Below, in pieces: positions 1-12,845 of a stretch of 64,000 nt of DNA. This stretch comes from Bugula neritina (lineage: Eukaryota; Animalia; Bryozoa). The notes under the pieces were generated by a model, which had not been told where the DNA came from, searched no databases, and saw nothing but the letters and a program-made list of their open reading frames with translations. The stretch spans positions 4,330,722 through 4,394,721 of the forward strand of contig OZ037766.1 of the NCBI GenBank assembly GCA_964035545.1, in the 5' to 3' direction. The first letter of the stretch is position 1. Every line of letters starts with the position of its first letter. The position numbers were made by a program, and so were the translations under genes.

Positions 1-205
1 AGAATGTAGAGAATAGAGTATAGAGAATGAAGTATAGAGTATAGAGTGTAGACTGTAGAGTATAGAATTAAGAGTATAGAGAATAGAGTATAGAGTGCAG
101 AGTATAGAGTGTAGAGTATAGAATACGGAGTATAGAATACAACATATAGAGTGTAGAGTATAGAGTGTAGGGTGTAAAGTATAGAGTATAGAATATAAAG
201 TTTAG
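1..205. repeat. Degenerate heptamer tandem repeat (TAGAGTA/TAGAATA)n
   Basis: Repeated tagagta/tagaata/tagagtg units from the window start; a similar tract occurs at about 49285-49410. Confidence 0.85.
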
Positions 206-1111
206 AAATCAACTATAAATATTGAGAGAAGTTTCCCATAACACTTTGAACAAAGTTGCTGCCTACTGGTTATTCATAGTCTTGTCAAATTAGAGATTGT
301 CTTCTAGGATCAGCTGCTTCCATTGCAAATACTATAAACTATCAATATTTTGATAAATTTGATTATATTTTAGATGACATGTTGATACGAAAATCATTGA
401 GATTTCTGCTTGTAATATGAAACATTAAACATAACTTCATAACTTCGAAGTGCATCAAGACACTTGCTAGGAAGATTAATATTTTCCTATAGAGGCAAAG
501 TTTTTATAAACTTCCAAACCTAAGTGTAAATACTGTATGATATTATAGTATAACCTGTGTGTGCGCCCGTGTGTGCGTGTGTGTGTTTAATTCATGGTAA
601 GCTAGTGGCTATCAACTTTTAATAAAATCATAGGAGCATTTTATTGATAGCTCTAATTAATTTTATCGTGGTCTGTCATTAATACCTTAATAGCTACCAA
701 TTTTAAAGGCAATTTTAGGGTTGAAGGAGTAAACAAATGCTTTCGAAAGCATAAGCTTTGAAATCCTTAAACTTTTATATAGAAAAAATTTAATATCTCA
801 AAGCTAAGAATTATCTTCTCTTTTGAGAGTATATAAGAATTAAGCCTTCATTTACTACATTTTATGAAATGCTGCCAAGTTTCTGAGTTTTATCGCTGAC
901 TAGTCATATATTTTAGTTTAAGTAATTAATATAGAATTGGATGTTGTCAACTTTTGACCTTCCTCATAGTAATATTATTAGAGTCATGTTTTTTTTATAC
1001 ACATTACGGGTATATGGTAACATTAGATGACTATTTTTAAGTTTGTTGATATAACCCTTAGCAATATAGAAATACTACTTCAGCGTACTGACATTGCTAA
1101 GTAGTGTTATT

Positions 1112-4100
1112 ATGGACGGAATACTGTGCTTATGTTTTCGTTGCTGGTTCTTTATAGTTACTGTGTCCATCTTTTCACCAGTACAAGGTATGTTAGACAA
1201 CATCTTGTAAAAAGTTTATACATTTTCTATGTAGTTTGTATCTAACAGAATATTTAAATTGAATCATTTTTGTATTTTTATTTACCAATTGATACACAAA
1301 GTATGTTTTTTATTTCAAAGAGATTTTGAAAAGAAATTGTTATAAATTTGATTTGTACTAAAAATATATAATTATATAATCATTATTTACCCCACTAAGA
1401 GACTTCCTGTTGTATGAGTGGATTTCAAGTATAGAAAAAAGTAATATGTGCTAAGGGTATATCGTATATCCTATTAGTAACAAAATATTATATGCTTCTG
1501 GTGTTCTTTTCCAAGCATATAGATGTACAAGTAAACGCTTAGTAGCCTAATGGTGCATTTATACTTAACAGTTTTGGCTACCTTAGTATCCAAATCAAGC
1601 CTAACGTTTAACAAATTGAGATTCAGGCAATAATTCCGTAAAATAAAAAGCTATAGCAAATTGGGTTGTTTATAATTTTGATTGAACAAACAACATTTTC
1701 TGTAAATGATGCGTTGCATAATAAATGTATAGCCTCAGTCACTATTCAGTCCTTCTACCTTTCAATTTTTCAGAATATATGATTCGATAAAAAGAAATAG
1801 GCCCTATAGCTGTATAACAACCTAATTCGTACAAATTAAGGAGAAACTAAACTAAGTGAATGAAATGGTCTTGTTGGTAACTAAAATTCCTACAAGTTGC
1901 AAAAGCAGATAAATGATAGAGCTAAGTTTTTTAATTGCTATTACTAGTAGTTATCATGTGCAAAAAATAGTGTCTTCATGGGAATATTAAACTCTCTATC
2001 TGTTACTCTTTTTATGAATTTAAAGGAATAACCTGCGAATGGGAATCGAGTCTGGGATTACTAGATCCTTATGTGAGGTACGGTAGTGTGTCAACACTCT
2101 TTGTAACCAGTGAGAATGAGTGTAGAGCTCAGTGTATGCAGCAGACATCATTTATTTGTGCCTCAATAAACTACAGACATGACGATGGGGAGTGCCAACT
2201 TTTGGTAGAGAATAACCAGACTGCCTACGCTGTACACAGTAGAGCTGGTGTCTCACGCCAGTCAAAATATTCTGTTAGACCGAGGTGTGCCGGTAAGTTC
2301 AAGTTGTGCGTCACTTTACTAAATAGCTCATAATATACTAAAGTCTATTAGCTTCTTCAGGAAACTATATAGGTGTTTTTCTTGAATGGTTGCATTGTTG
2401 GAAGTTCTAGAAAAAACTAATATATTATTCAGGTATCAAAATTATTACTGTGTTATATAATGCAGTAAGCAGCAAATTTAAAGAGACTTTTATATATACC
2501 TTCACCATTTTAGTCAGAAGTTTTCAGTGCAGGCTTAAACATACCTTGAGACCATTTAAGAAATACAGTTATCATGCTCTACAATACTGAATATGAAGCT
2601 CAATAGTAACGTTTCAGTGCTGCTTATAATGAACGTCTATAGCTAAGTGCTGTTGCTCTCGCACAAATATAATAAGAACTTTGTAAAAAAGCTATAATAA
2701 CTTTGAAACAACCTGAGACAAATAGCGTTGTTGAAAATATACATTACAGTGTGTCACTTCCAATTAAAGTGGCAGTCATATTGAAATACAAGTACATTCT
2801 GGTATAAATTAAGGTATCCGTTAGCCAAGTGACTCATGTATGCAAAATTTTTGAAGCAACTAAATTTATAACAAGCTCTTGTAATTAACAGGAATATGGC
2901 AGCCATGGACGGCCAAAAGAGGTTTTCTTCAAAATACTGTCATCGGAATGGGGAATAAATACGACACGAAAGGAACACTGTATCTTAAAAGCTGTATGAG
3001 TTTCTGTTTACAAGATAACAATGTCAACTATACCTGTAGCTCAATAGTCAAGTCAATCTACTCTTATGTTTGTGATTTTGTTGATAAGAGATCAGACCAC
3101 CCAGGAGTTATTCTGGAAATTTCTACAGACTATCAGTATTTTGACCTGCCTCTTTGGTATTCAGGTAATAAATGTGCAATCTTTATAATGATTTTGTATT
3201 TAATTTTCCATAGAATGAACTTTGAAAACAATTTTTAAAAGATTTTAATTTTATTATAGTCCAATTCAGCTGCAGTATACATAATTATTAAAGGCATTTC
3301 AATGTTTTTAAAAAAGTGTAATATATAATGGCACACATACATATCACCGTTAGGAACAATAAAAAAAAGAAGATTTGTATTTCCAACAAAATTATACATC
3401 ATCTTAATGATTCTAAATCAAATCTTATCTACATGATTAATGATTTTCACTCACTCAAATAAAATGACAAAGTTTTCAATATGGTTTCACAGGTCCTTAG
3501 TTAGTCAATTAGTATGACATTCCTGTTAATATAGACATTACAGCCTTATTCTAGTGTCTAGTTAAAGTTGAGAAATAATATTTTTTAACTATCTTTATTA
3601 CAAGGTATATATGCAAGGATATAAGTATTAAGTGTATGTTACAACTGGACTCTCCAATATGAAACTATTGCATATAATAACTGCTTATAATATAAGCAAT
3701 GTCTAAGACTCTTTCTAGATAAAACCAGGCTGGTAAAGTCAGATTAATCTGACTGTTTGAACTAATCAAACTTGCAATTAGAAATTACAATTTATATATA
3801 ACTGGCAAAATCCCTTTTTACTAGCCACTGAGGTGTTTCCATTGGTTGAAATGTAGTTTAAATTAACTCAACAGCTGAATGAAGTTAAATATTGGTTTTC
3901 TATATTTATTTTTACACAATTCAACTTTTTAAACTTGAGTCTCTGCAGTTTATTTTAATAATGTAATAACAAATAGTTTTTATTGCTTTTGAAAAAAAAA
4001 TACTTTATTGTAACAGTTTTGCCTTGAATAATTTTTAAAAACTTGTTATAATTTTATAGACAGTTCTTCAAGTATAACAAATACGAAAATTGAAGATTAT

Positions 4101-7100
4101 GGATCGGGTGCACATGATTTCATGTTACTCTTCAACTACAAGATAGAAGCAGACGGATATTTAGTTGGCTGGAAGTATTTGATTGGTCATTCTACTGACT
4201 ACTGTGACTCATATGCTGCTATCTGGAGACAGACAGGGGAAGGTAAATCTGCTGTATTCGATCTGATTACAGAAACTCTACTCACACCTGAACATGTATC
4301 TACAAGAGGAATCAGATTCCAGTTTGTACAGAACTCTACAGAAGTAGTTAGAAAAGGAGACTTTCTTGCTCTCTATACGGTAAAAAACAACACCTGTTCA
4401 GGCAGTCTTGTTTCATTTAGAGAAAATATACCAACAGATCCTCTAGCTTATATAAGCAGTAATCCTAACAGAAATCGAGGGGACAGACTCGAAGCTTCAG
4501 ATGTTGGCGTACAAACTAGAGCAGTAGCACTGAGAGCCTACATAGCAGGTACAAGCAACCAAATAAGTTCTAATGAAATGTTAACACTCTTATATATAGT
4601 CTACAATATGACTTGAATAGCAGATACAAAGTGAAGAAACGAATGTACTAGTATACTCAATTGTACAGCTATAATGTTGTCTGCTATATTTATACATTTA
4701 CACGTATACAACTTTGCAAAAAAAGGCTGTACTTCCAGCAAAATTTCACTTTAGCTACATTTACATTCTTAGTAGCATTGTGAAAATTCCTCAATCAGTT
4801 TATGGTCATAGTAAGGAGATTTATGTATTGTATGTAGTAAAAGTTTAATAAAAAGCTTACCCCATAACATAATAATTATAACTATAGCATGCAGAAAGTA
4901 TTGCTGCAGGCAGGTTATTGCAAAATAATTGCTAGCTACTTGAATGTGTTGTAGATCTAATAAAATTATTCATCTAGTATTTGAATCAAACCTAATTGGA
5001 TTTATGAGAATTTCTGGCTTTAATTAAACTTTAATTTCAAGCTGTTTCAAGCTATTATATAAGCTGATATTTTTGTGAATAATTTGCTTTTAGAGTTTAA
5101 GCAGGGTTACACATTATATTTGCTAGGCCTTCTTATTCTTGCAGTTAACAGTTTAAAATAAATTGCCCTGTAATTTTCTCTTTGACAGAAAACCTGAAGC
5201 TTATTGGCAACCCATTATGTGTCCACACAAATCTGTCAGCAGGGCAGATTAGAATTACATGGAAATTTCCAGCTACTGCACCCAATCAGGAGCTCACAAC
5301 TACACATTTTAAAATAGAATGTTCAGACAACTCCAACTTCGACATAATAATAAGTTCTAAATTAGTTTCTATAGACTACAGAGAGACTGTGATTAGCAAT
5401 CTGAATATACAACAACCTCACTATGCTAGAGTATCTACTGTGGGGAATTATAACAGTGAAGAGTTAATACAAGATGTCTATACAGTCAACTCTCTGTTTT
5501 GTGCAGGTGCAGTTCTGTTATGACGTAAAGTTGCTGATATTCTTTCTGATAAAAATGCATGTTCTATAATGAATATTTTAAAAATACGATAAAATGCGCA
5601 TTTCAAAGCTTCAAAACCAAGTTGAAAAGTTGTTTATTTTGTTATTGTTTCAGAAAGAGGCAGGGTGGTATCAACTAATGCGTTTATAACAAAAAGTGAG
5701 GTTTTACAACCAGAAGAAGAAATAACATTTACTGTATCTATCCCTTCATTGGTAAGTTTTCTGAGGCATTTATGAAGAATTGGATTTATCACACCAATGA
5801 ATTTTCTTGAGTACACTTGATAATTTTTTCATAATCAAAAATTTCTGACATCGATAGTAATACCTGCAGTTTTGCTCTAAATAGCATAAATTAGAGTTGT
5901 AATATATACAGTTGTTATGTTATTTGGGTACATGGGCTATAGTTTATTTATAATATTTATTTAACTAAATAATTTTTAGCTGCGTGTAGTGTTAAATTAA
6001 ATAAAAACCAAAATTTATACCAGGAAGCTGATGACTGTGTATCCAGTGTTACATTAACTCATGGAAGTGGACAATTAGCCAATCAGAAGAAGTCAGGATC
6101 ATGGACTTTCACTAAACAGCAAGGTGTGACCTTTGAACTGACTATTAAAGTAGAGCTAATAGATGGACATGAGAATATAATATGGCAGGAAGAATATACA
6201 ACTGGTAAGACAGCTTATAGCTCTTAAGAAACATATATGTTGATAAAAATAAAATAATCTGCATGATAAAATGATTAATTGTGCAAATTTAAAAATTGAT
6301 TAGGGAGCTAGTGTTGTTAGTCAAATTATGTTTAGATTTGCTTTGATTGACCAGCCATTTGATTCTGGTCCTACCAGGTGTTGAATTTATATAAATCGCT
6401 TACTTTCACCTTGATTGAGACTCAATAAGCGTAATAGGCTACTCCTACACTACAACTTTGTAGTCTTTGCTATAATTTAGTAGTATATAAATCGTGCAAA
6501 ACTAAAACTTAAACACCCCAGTTTTTGTGAGCTTAAATGTAGATCTCCCTTTCGTTTGATAGCAATTTGCGTGATTTCTCAGATATCTATAAAATAAACA
6601 GACTTAGTGAACGGACAGTAGATAAGTAAATGTAGAAATAGGTAAGAGTTATTTAATGAAATTAGGCATATAGGTGAAGGATTGAATACTGGACTTTTCT
6701 CTTTTTTAACTATAAAATATATAGGCCTACTTGAGGCTTTGAAATAATATGAAATCTGTCAAAAACAAAACAAAAACAATGTTTTGTAGCCTATCACCTA
6801 AGCAGATGTCCTGAACCGCCACATGTAGCAAATACCGAAATCAATGGAAAGGGAAATGATTTCTCCATCAACTCTACAGTATCATACTATTGCCAATGTT
6901 ATGGTCCTGTTGTCATTACATGCGTGCTGGTGGATGGCAAAGGAGAATGGTCTGACAATCCTCCTACATGTGAACTACCACCTCAAAGTATGTGTCTTCA
7001 GAATACTGTAATGCAGATTGCAAAGTGATTTTTCAGTAACAAATGTAGTCAAACAATGGTGTGATTTCATAGCAACACATTTCTCTTTTTTCCTGTTAGC

Positions 7101-8896
7101 CATGCTTAAAGTTGCCTTCAAAAATAACCCAAAAAGGATATATGTATATATAAAGCAGAAAAACATACCTGTCTGATGTATGTAACTCATTTTAAGCCAA
7201 AAAACAAAATTACTACTAGTTTAGTGAAAGATATACTAATGATATTGCTCTAGTCTCTAGTGGCTTGGTTAGGAATGGCCAAGTTTTACAATCCCTCCAA
7301 CACACTAAATATATATATATATATATGTACCTGCTTTATGATTTTTAAGTTTGCAAAAAGCTAACATTTTTATTATAAGTATATAAAATAGTTCCACAGG
7401 TGCGCCGGAAATGTTGCAGGATTCTTTCTTCTTTAAGGATTACCAGTCCAGTTTGAGGTCAAAGGTTAAGCTCATAGGTTGAGGTCACAAGGTTAACCTC
7501 ATATCACGGGCTTTCCATGTACCGATCTCAGATCGATCTCGCTGAGATCGATCTGAAAAATGTGCTCAGATCGATCGTTTTTCCATGAGAGTGTCAGATC
7601 GATCTTGCGAAGTTGCCTCCTCTTAAGTGAAGGATACTTTAAAAGTATAATTTGTTCACCTATTTGAGTGATAAAAGCTACTACTGTTGAAAACAAGATG
7701 GTCGTAGTCTAAAATTTAATTCCAGCTATAAACTATACGCAGCAAAGCTTTCTGTGTATGGTAATTTGGCCAATTTAAAATAATTAGTTTTAATTTCTTA
7801 GCTTGACAGCTTATATAAAATTAATGGCTGTCTTGCAGATTATTAATAAACTTACAGGACTGTTAGGCTTAAAATTACAAAGAAAATAGCTAATGAAACT
7901 AAGTTTTAATAGTCATTTAAATTCAATTTAAATTCTCCTATTTTTTTTTACTTTCTACTGCATATAATTGAGTTTTCTTAATCATTGTACTGAAAGTCAA
8001 AGTTTTGGCATCTGAAAAGGTGGCTATCATAATTATTTAATACTTTGCTTAGTAATTATCAATAAGTTATCATTTTTATTAGCAGACAACATTGTAGCGC
8101 GCAGTCTTTTTCTACTTCTCAGATCGATCTGGCATCTTTCCATGGTCTTATTGACATGAGATCGATCTGAGTTCGAGCTCCACAGACCGACCAGCTCAGA
8201 TCGACTGAGATCGATCTTTGGCGTCTTTCCATGGATCGATCTCAGTGAGATCGATCTGAGATCGGTCCATGGAAAGCCGGTGTATGTTGAGGTCACAAGT
8301 GCTATTACCTAACACAAGCAGGTTTATATGAAAATGTAAACATAATAATTGACAGCACTTACAAGTAATTCCATTATATTCTGAGTATTATGACAAAATT
8401 AATACAAAGCCTATCTATGTCACCAATGTGCCTCCGCAGTTAATCTTTTTGAGATGTAGTAAAATATAACTTATTTCCAGTTTGTTAATTATTACCAGGT
8501 TGGACCATAGGAGTGGCAGCTGGTATCCCGACTAGCTTATTGATAATTCTACTGACAGTGATTCTTATTGTGGTGCTGGTGAGAAGATTATCTGGTACTG
8601 AGTCTAGAGGAAAAAGATCCCAACCTGATGCAGAGTGCAGTAGAATAGAACTGCTACCCACTTCTACGATTGAGGAGAATGCTACACCAGGTTCACCCGA
8701 TGCACCAGATGTACCGAATGCACCCGGTGTATTGTATGCACCAGATGTACAGGATCGACCAAGACAAAGCCTTAAATATGAAAAACTAAATCTTCAAGCT
8801 GCTGTTGATAATCATGACTACGAAAAAGTTAACCAAACTAGAGAACAAAATTCCGTTCACTATGAGAATTCTTCCACATTTATTGACAGCAGGTAA
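1112..8896 (+). CDS. Type I membrane protein, about 765 aa: signal peptide, 2x PAN/apple, uncharacterised beta-rich domain, FN3-like, Sushi/CCP, TM, Tyr-motif tail
   Basis: Nine in-frame exons: 1112-1187, 2026-2292, 2892-3164, 4060-4548, 5189-5506, 5654-5751, 6024-6204, 6790-6987, 8499-8896 (2298 nt). Signal peptide MDGILCLCFRCWFFIVTVSIFSPVQG; PAN motif ECRAQC..FICASINY..ECQL; Sushi CPEPPHVAN..VSYYC..ITC..GEWSDNPPTC; TM GIPTSLLIILLTVILIVVLV-RR. The exon 7 acceptor is the least certain junction. Confidence 0.8.
7505..8282. mobile_element. Non-autonomous DNA transposon (MITE-like, 778 bp) with about 49-bp TIRs and 3-bp TSD TAT
   Basis: Left end cacgggctttccatgtaccgatctcagatcgatctcgctgagatcgatc; reverse complement of right end caccggctttccatggaccgatctcagatcgatctcactgagatcgatc. 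TAT flanks both sides. Many subterminal gatcgatct motifs; no transposase. Confidence 0.85.
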
Positions 8897-9770
8897 AGCT
8901 GATGACAGAGCTGAGCTGTTTGTAAACTACAGAACTTGCTACTAAATAACAGAAATTTTGTATGAAACAATTGACATTTATGTGGCCTGTACGTGCTTGA
9001 AAAGCTATTTTTTAAGTTTCTAGTAACCTAAAAACTGAACTAGCTATTATTTCACTTGATTTCTTTTTTAGAATTTCAGCTTCTAACCTAAATTTCGCAT
9101 TAGATAAAATATTTTATTATAAATGCTATTATAAATTTATCAACATATGATTTATATTAGTTTTTGTTTTGCTTTACAACTAAATAGCAACCCCATCACT
9201 GAGTTAACAATGCACCAATATAGCCAAATTCCTTTTGTACAAGGGCTGGACAACTTGAGTGATACTTTAGTCTATCACAGCCAATAATTTCAATTCTGCA
9301 CAATAGAATTATTTTGTCAATCTGTCAGTCCTGTTCTATTCACTTCAAAACAGCACCAAAGTTCCTATGCAATCAAATTTTGCTAAATCTAAGCAATACT
9401 CAAGCATAGCTCATTACATCTGAGAAAAAGATCATTATTAGTATGTCCATAAACTCTGTAATATCCAGCTCATAGTACACACAGCTGAAAGTGAGTAAGC
9501 AATGTGTTAGCTATGTGGCAGGACCTTCACAAATTATTAAATATACAATGGCAATTTCGTTCTATAAATGTGTTAGATGTGGTTAAACAACATTTTATGT
9601 TTTATGAATATTTTTTTTATACTTTTGAATGCATTTCACTGAAAAACTACACATAAAAACAAATATTGCACACGTAATAGAAGTTGTTACAGTTTATTAA
9701 CAGATATATTTAGAGTAACATATGGCGTGCTAATAAAAATGCAAGAAATACATTAGCATTTAAGAGCTAA

Positions 9771-9830
9771 GTGATAACATCAAGTTGAAATATCCTCTTA
9801 TAGGTTTGTATTACAACTGTCATAAGGCAC
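9771..9830 (-). promoter_or_regulatory. SECIS element (type II) in the 3'UTR of deiodinase-like gene A
   Basis: Minus strand reads AUGAC-AGUUGUAAUAC-AAA-CCUauaagAGG-AUAUUUCAACU-UGAU: AUGA/UGA kink-turn core, about 10-bp helix II, AAA bulge, apical ministem. It lies about 450 nt after the stop, with AATAAA at 9693-9698 (- strand). Confidence 0.9.
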
Positions 9831-10276
9831 ACAATGCCCTGAATGCATATGAGAAATCTCGTAATTTGATTAGCATGCTTTCTGGTACTTCAAAAAATAT
9901 ACACAAATAGGCCATAAAAATGCATATCAAATTGTATAATAATTATATAAAATATTTCAATAAGCAAATAAACATAAACAAACAGTAATTTAATTTTCAT
10001 ACTCTAAATATAATTATATATACTAAAGTTTTAGACCAAACACTTGAAAGTATAATTGAAAATTGATATAAAATAATAATCGTGCAATCAATGCTCAAAA
10101 ACAAGTATAGCATTTTTGTTTGAATAAACTAATAGTTATTGATTAGCCTATAACATTAAGAAATTTATTAGATATTATTTTGCTGTGTTTCGGGGGTTTG
10201 AAAATTCTATAACTATCATTGCTATTTCCCAAAAAATAGTTTCGCTATAATTACTAGTTTTTTAGCAACATGCAAG

Positions 10277-12845
10277 TTAATTACATTTCGCAACAAATGA
10301 TTTTATCCACTCCTGGAGTCTACTGAGGTCATATGACAGTGGCCCAGAACCCCCTTCATATACCACCGTACCGTCTAGTACAACATACAGTCTCTCTGGG
10401 AAAGCTGCGAACTTTAAACTCACGGAGTTGTTCATCATGTCCACCAAGATTGGGAACTTCATATTACATTCTGATTTCATGTCGGCTGCAACCTGAAGTA
10501 AATCATGTGCTAGCACTGTAAAAACTAGAAACTTATATCATTACGCATCTATCTGCCTTAGTTTAAGTCAACATGGTGTTATAATTTAAATATAATATAG
10601 ATATATAATTGGTATTGTAAAATAATTTTGCCCCCCCACTGGGATCGAACCCGAGACCTCCGGCTTGCAAGCAAGTGTGCTAACCATTACACCACGGAAC
10701 CCCTGGGTAGACTCATCACTACAGGTATATAATTTGTATATCAAATCTTATCATGACCATATAAATAAATATACCTGCATTCTTTCACTGCAACTAGTAG
10801 CTTGATCTATACCTTTAAACTCAAGAGGATGAGCTTCTGCAATGTAGACTGCAGCAAAGTCCATCGACTCTTTATATTGGTCGGCGAGATCACAGAAAAC
10901 CTGCATCTCAAGCCTGAAAAGTAAAATCAGAAGTCAAGACGGCATAACTAATTGGAGAACGAGCAAGAGTATAAGTAGGCACACTGCATGTAAGCTGAGT
11001 ATGTGTTCTCATTTCCGTTCACCTAATATTTTGAAAAGTATTAGCAGTTGCTAGAGCTACACTAGATTATAAGAACTAATAATTAATTTCACTTTAATTT
11101 AGTTGACTGCTACCAAACTGAAGTTTCAAACAAAACCAATTATTACTATCTTGGTACGTGTGAGTACTTGAGTGAATCGTCAAAACATATAAGTTTGTTA
11201 GTCAAAAATAGAAATAATTAAGAAAGAATATTTTACAAAATTCAACATCATGTTAACTGCAGTAAAAAAATGAAATGCATTTGCTGAAGCTGATTGCCAT
11301 GTTCAAACTGTCCTTTTTTTGCTGACTTTTGCATTTTAGCAGTTGGCTTATTTGAAAGTCAATGCGTAGTGTTACAAAATATTACTGGTTACCTGCTGTA
11401 TTTCAAAAATGTAAGTGTTACGTGTAGCAAACAAGTAACAAATAGCTAATGATTATCTATGTATCAAAGTACAAGAAATTAAAATGTTACATACAAACTA
11501 CATAGCTCATCACAATCAAATTTTCTAAAAACCTACTAAAAATCAACATTGAATATTCAACAGTTTCTGGTTTTCAAACAGCTAAAAGTGTAAATTAATT
11601 AGTCATCATTTATGTACATGTAGCTAATATTATATTGGCTTAAGAATACCTGAAAGGGTGTCAGGTATAGCTGCCAAAGTTCAACACCAAAGGTCTGCCC
11701 TTTTTAGCAAATGACAGAAGTGTTGAAACTTTTTTAGACTCTAAGTCTATAACATCTCCATCAGGAGCAGGCAACCCTTGGTATGCTTCTTTATAAATAG
11801 CAGTTATGAAGAATTTGTAAAAAAACTGCATCTAAAAGGTATATAATAATATATCATTATATTCTAGGATTATTAGAGTATATAATTCTTCTAAGACCTC
11901 ATATACGTATTTGTAACAACAACGTTTATTGGCTGTTAAATTTAAATCTTTGCTTGAAACTGCCTTTTTAGACTTTAAAACTTTTGAACGCATAAAAATT
12001 GTTCAAATCATCATTACAGTATACCAGTTTTCAACTTTTTCATACCCATATAAATAAGATCATAGTTTATATCAAATGCGAAAATAGTCTGAATTTACTA
12101 TTAAAACCTAAACTAATTTTTGCTCACCACCCTAGAATGATGAAATACTCGTCTCATTGCTTTCGGATTCGCAGAAAATTCCTTCTTGAACAAGTTATTG
12201 GAAAAGAAGTGCAGCATGATTTCTAGAATATAAATAAATGATCTCTACAGCATCAACAAGAGTTTACCAGGTACTTTTCAAATTAAAGACGCAATATATA
12301 TTAATCACAGTCTAGCCGGAGTCAGGTAACACTTCATTAGGTATCTATTGCTCATTAAACCAACTATAGAGGTAGAAGATCGAGTGCCAACTTGCCTACT
12401 AACAGCTTGCTCTACTCTTGACACAACCTTAACAAATGATTACTGCATGTGTATACCAGTATATTATATGCTGTATGTTAGTATACTTACAAAAAGTATT
12501 GCATTATTTCTCAAAGGTTTGATTTGAACAAACGTTAAATTAAATTTCTAACTTTTTCTTTAAGTCCTTCCAAATAGCCAACGGGATAGCATAGTGTAGG
12601 TATCTTCCTCTATTGCCACTAAATAACCTACTTTTCAAGCTTAACATAAGTAGAATAGTCTTACCTGCAACCCTTTGGTTTACCAGTTCTTCCAGCTTGT
12701 GGAATCCAAGATAATCAGAAAGGAAGTATATAAAGTTGATAGCAAGAAATACAGCCAGCACTCCCAGTGTTTCACATATAGCTATTAGCAATCTTATGGA
12801 AACATGCCAGGGCTGACTGGTGTCTTGGGCTGCTGATACCCCCAT
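10277..12845 (-). CDS. DIO: Iodothyronine deiodinase-like selenoprotein A (270 aa, Sec at TGA 11661-11663)
   Basis: Exons 12665-12845, 12128-12222, 11650-11831, 10775-10913, 10277-10492 (813 nt, phases consistent). N-terminal TM; APDGDV; RPLVLNFGSYT(TGA)HPF; VYIAEAHP; PILVDMMNN..AFPERLYVV..YEGGSGP..Y; SECIS downstream. Confidence 0.92.
10626..10725 (-). mobile_element. tRNA-derived repeat (SINE-like head or tRNA pseudogene) in intron 4 of deiodinase A
   Basis: Minus strand GGTTCCGTGGTGTAATGGTTAGCAC...CGGGTTCGATCCCA has A and B boxes, but the acceptor stem does not pair. A diverged copy lies at about 32983-33075. Confidence 0.7.

Noticed and set aside
5980-6023. Upstream acceptor (tttttag at 5979) for exon 7 of the PAN receptor
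   Set aside because: Out of phase with exon 6 (gives an early TAA); the cag at 6023 keeps the frame.
7499-8296. ORFs with repeated IDLRS/RSI motifs as transposase fragments
   Set aside because: They are translations of the gatcgatct subterminal repeats, with no DDE-like motifs.
10493-10520. ORF-track start MLAHDLLQ for deiodinase A last exon
   Set aside because: Phase and paralog comparison place the acceptor at ttacttcag|GTT (10492); the upstream residues are intronic.
10621-10710. Functional tRNA gene
   Set aside because: The acceptor stem does not pair, the anticodon arm is poor, and a diverged dispersed copy exists.
11661-11663. In-frame TGA read as a pseudogenising stop (also 17996-17998)
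   Set aside because: It lies at the conserved Sec position in both paralogs, the downstream frame is intact, and SECIS elements are present.
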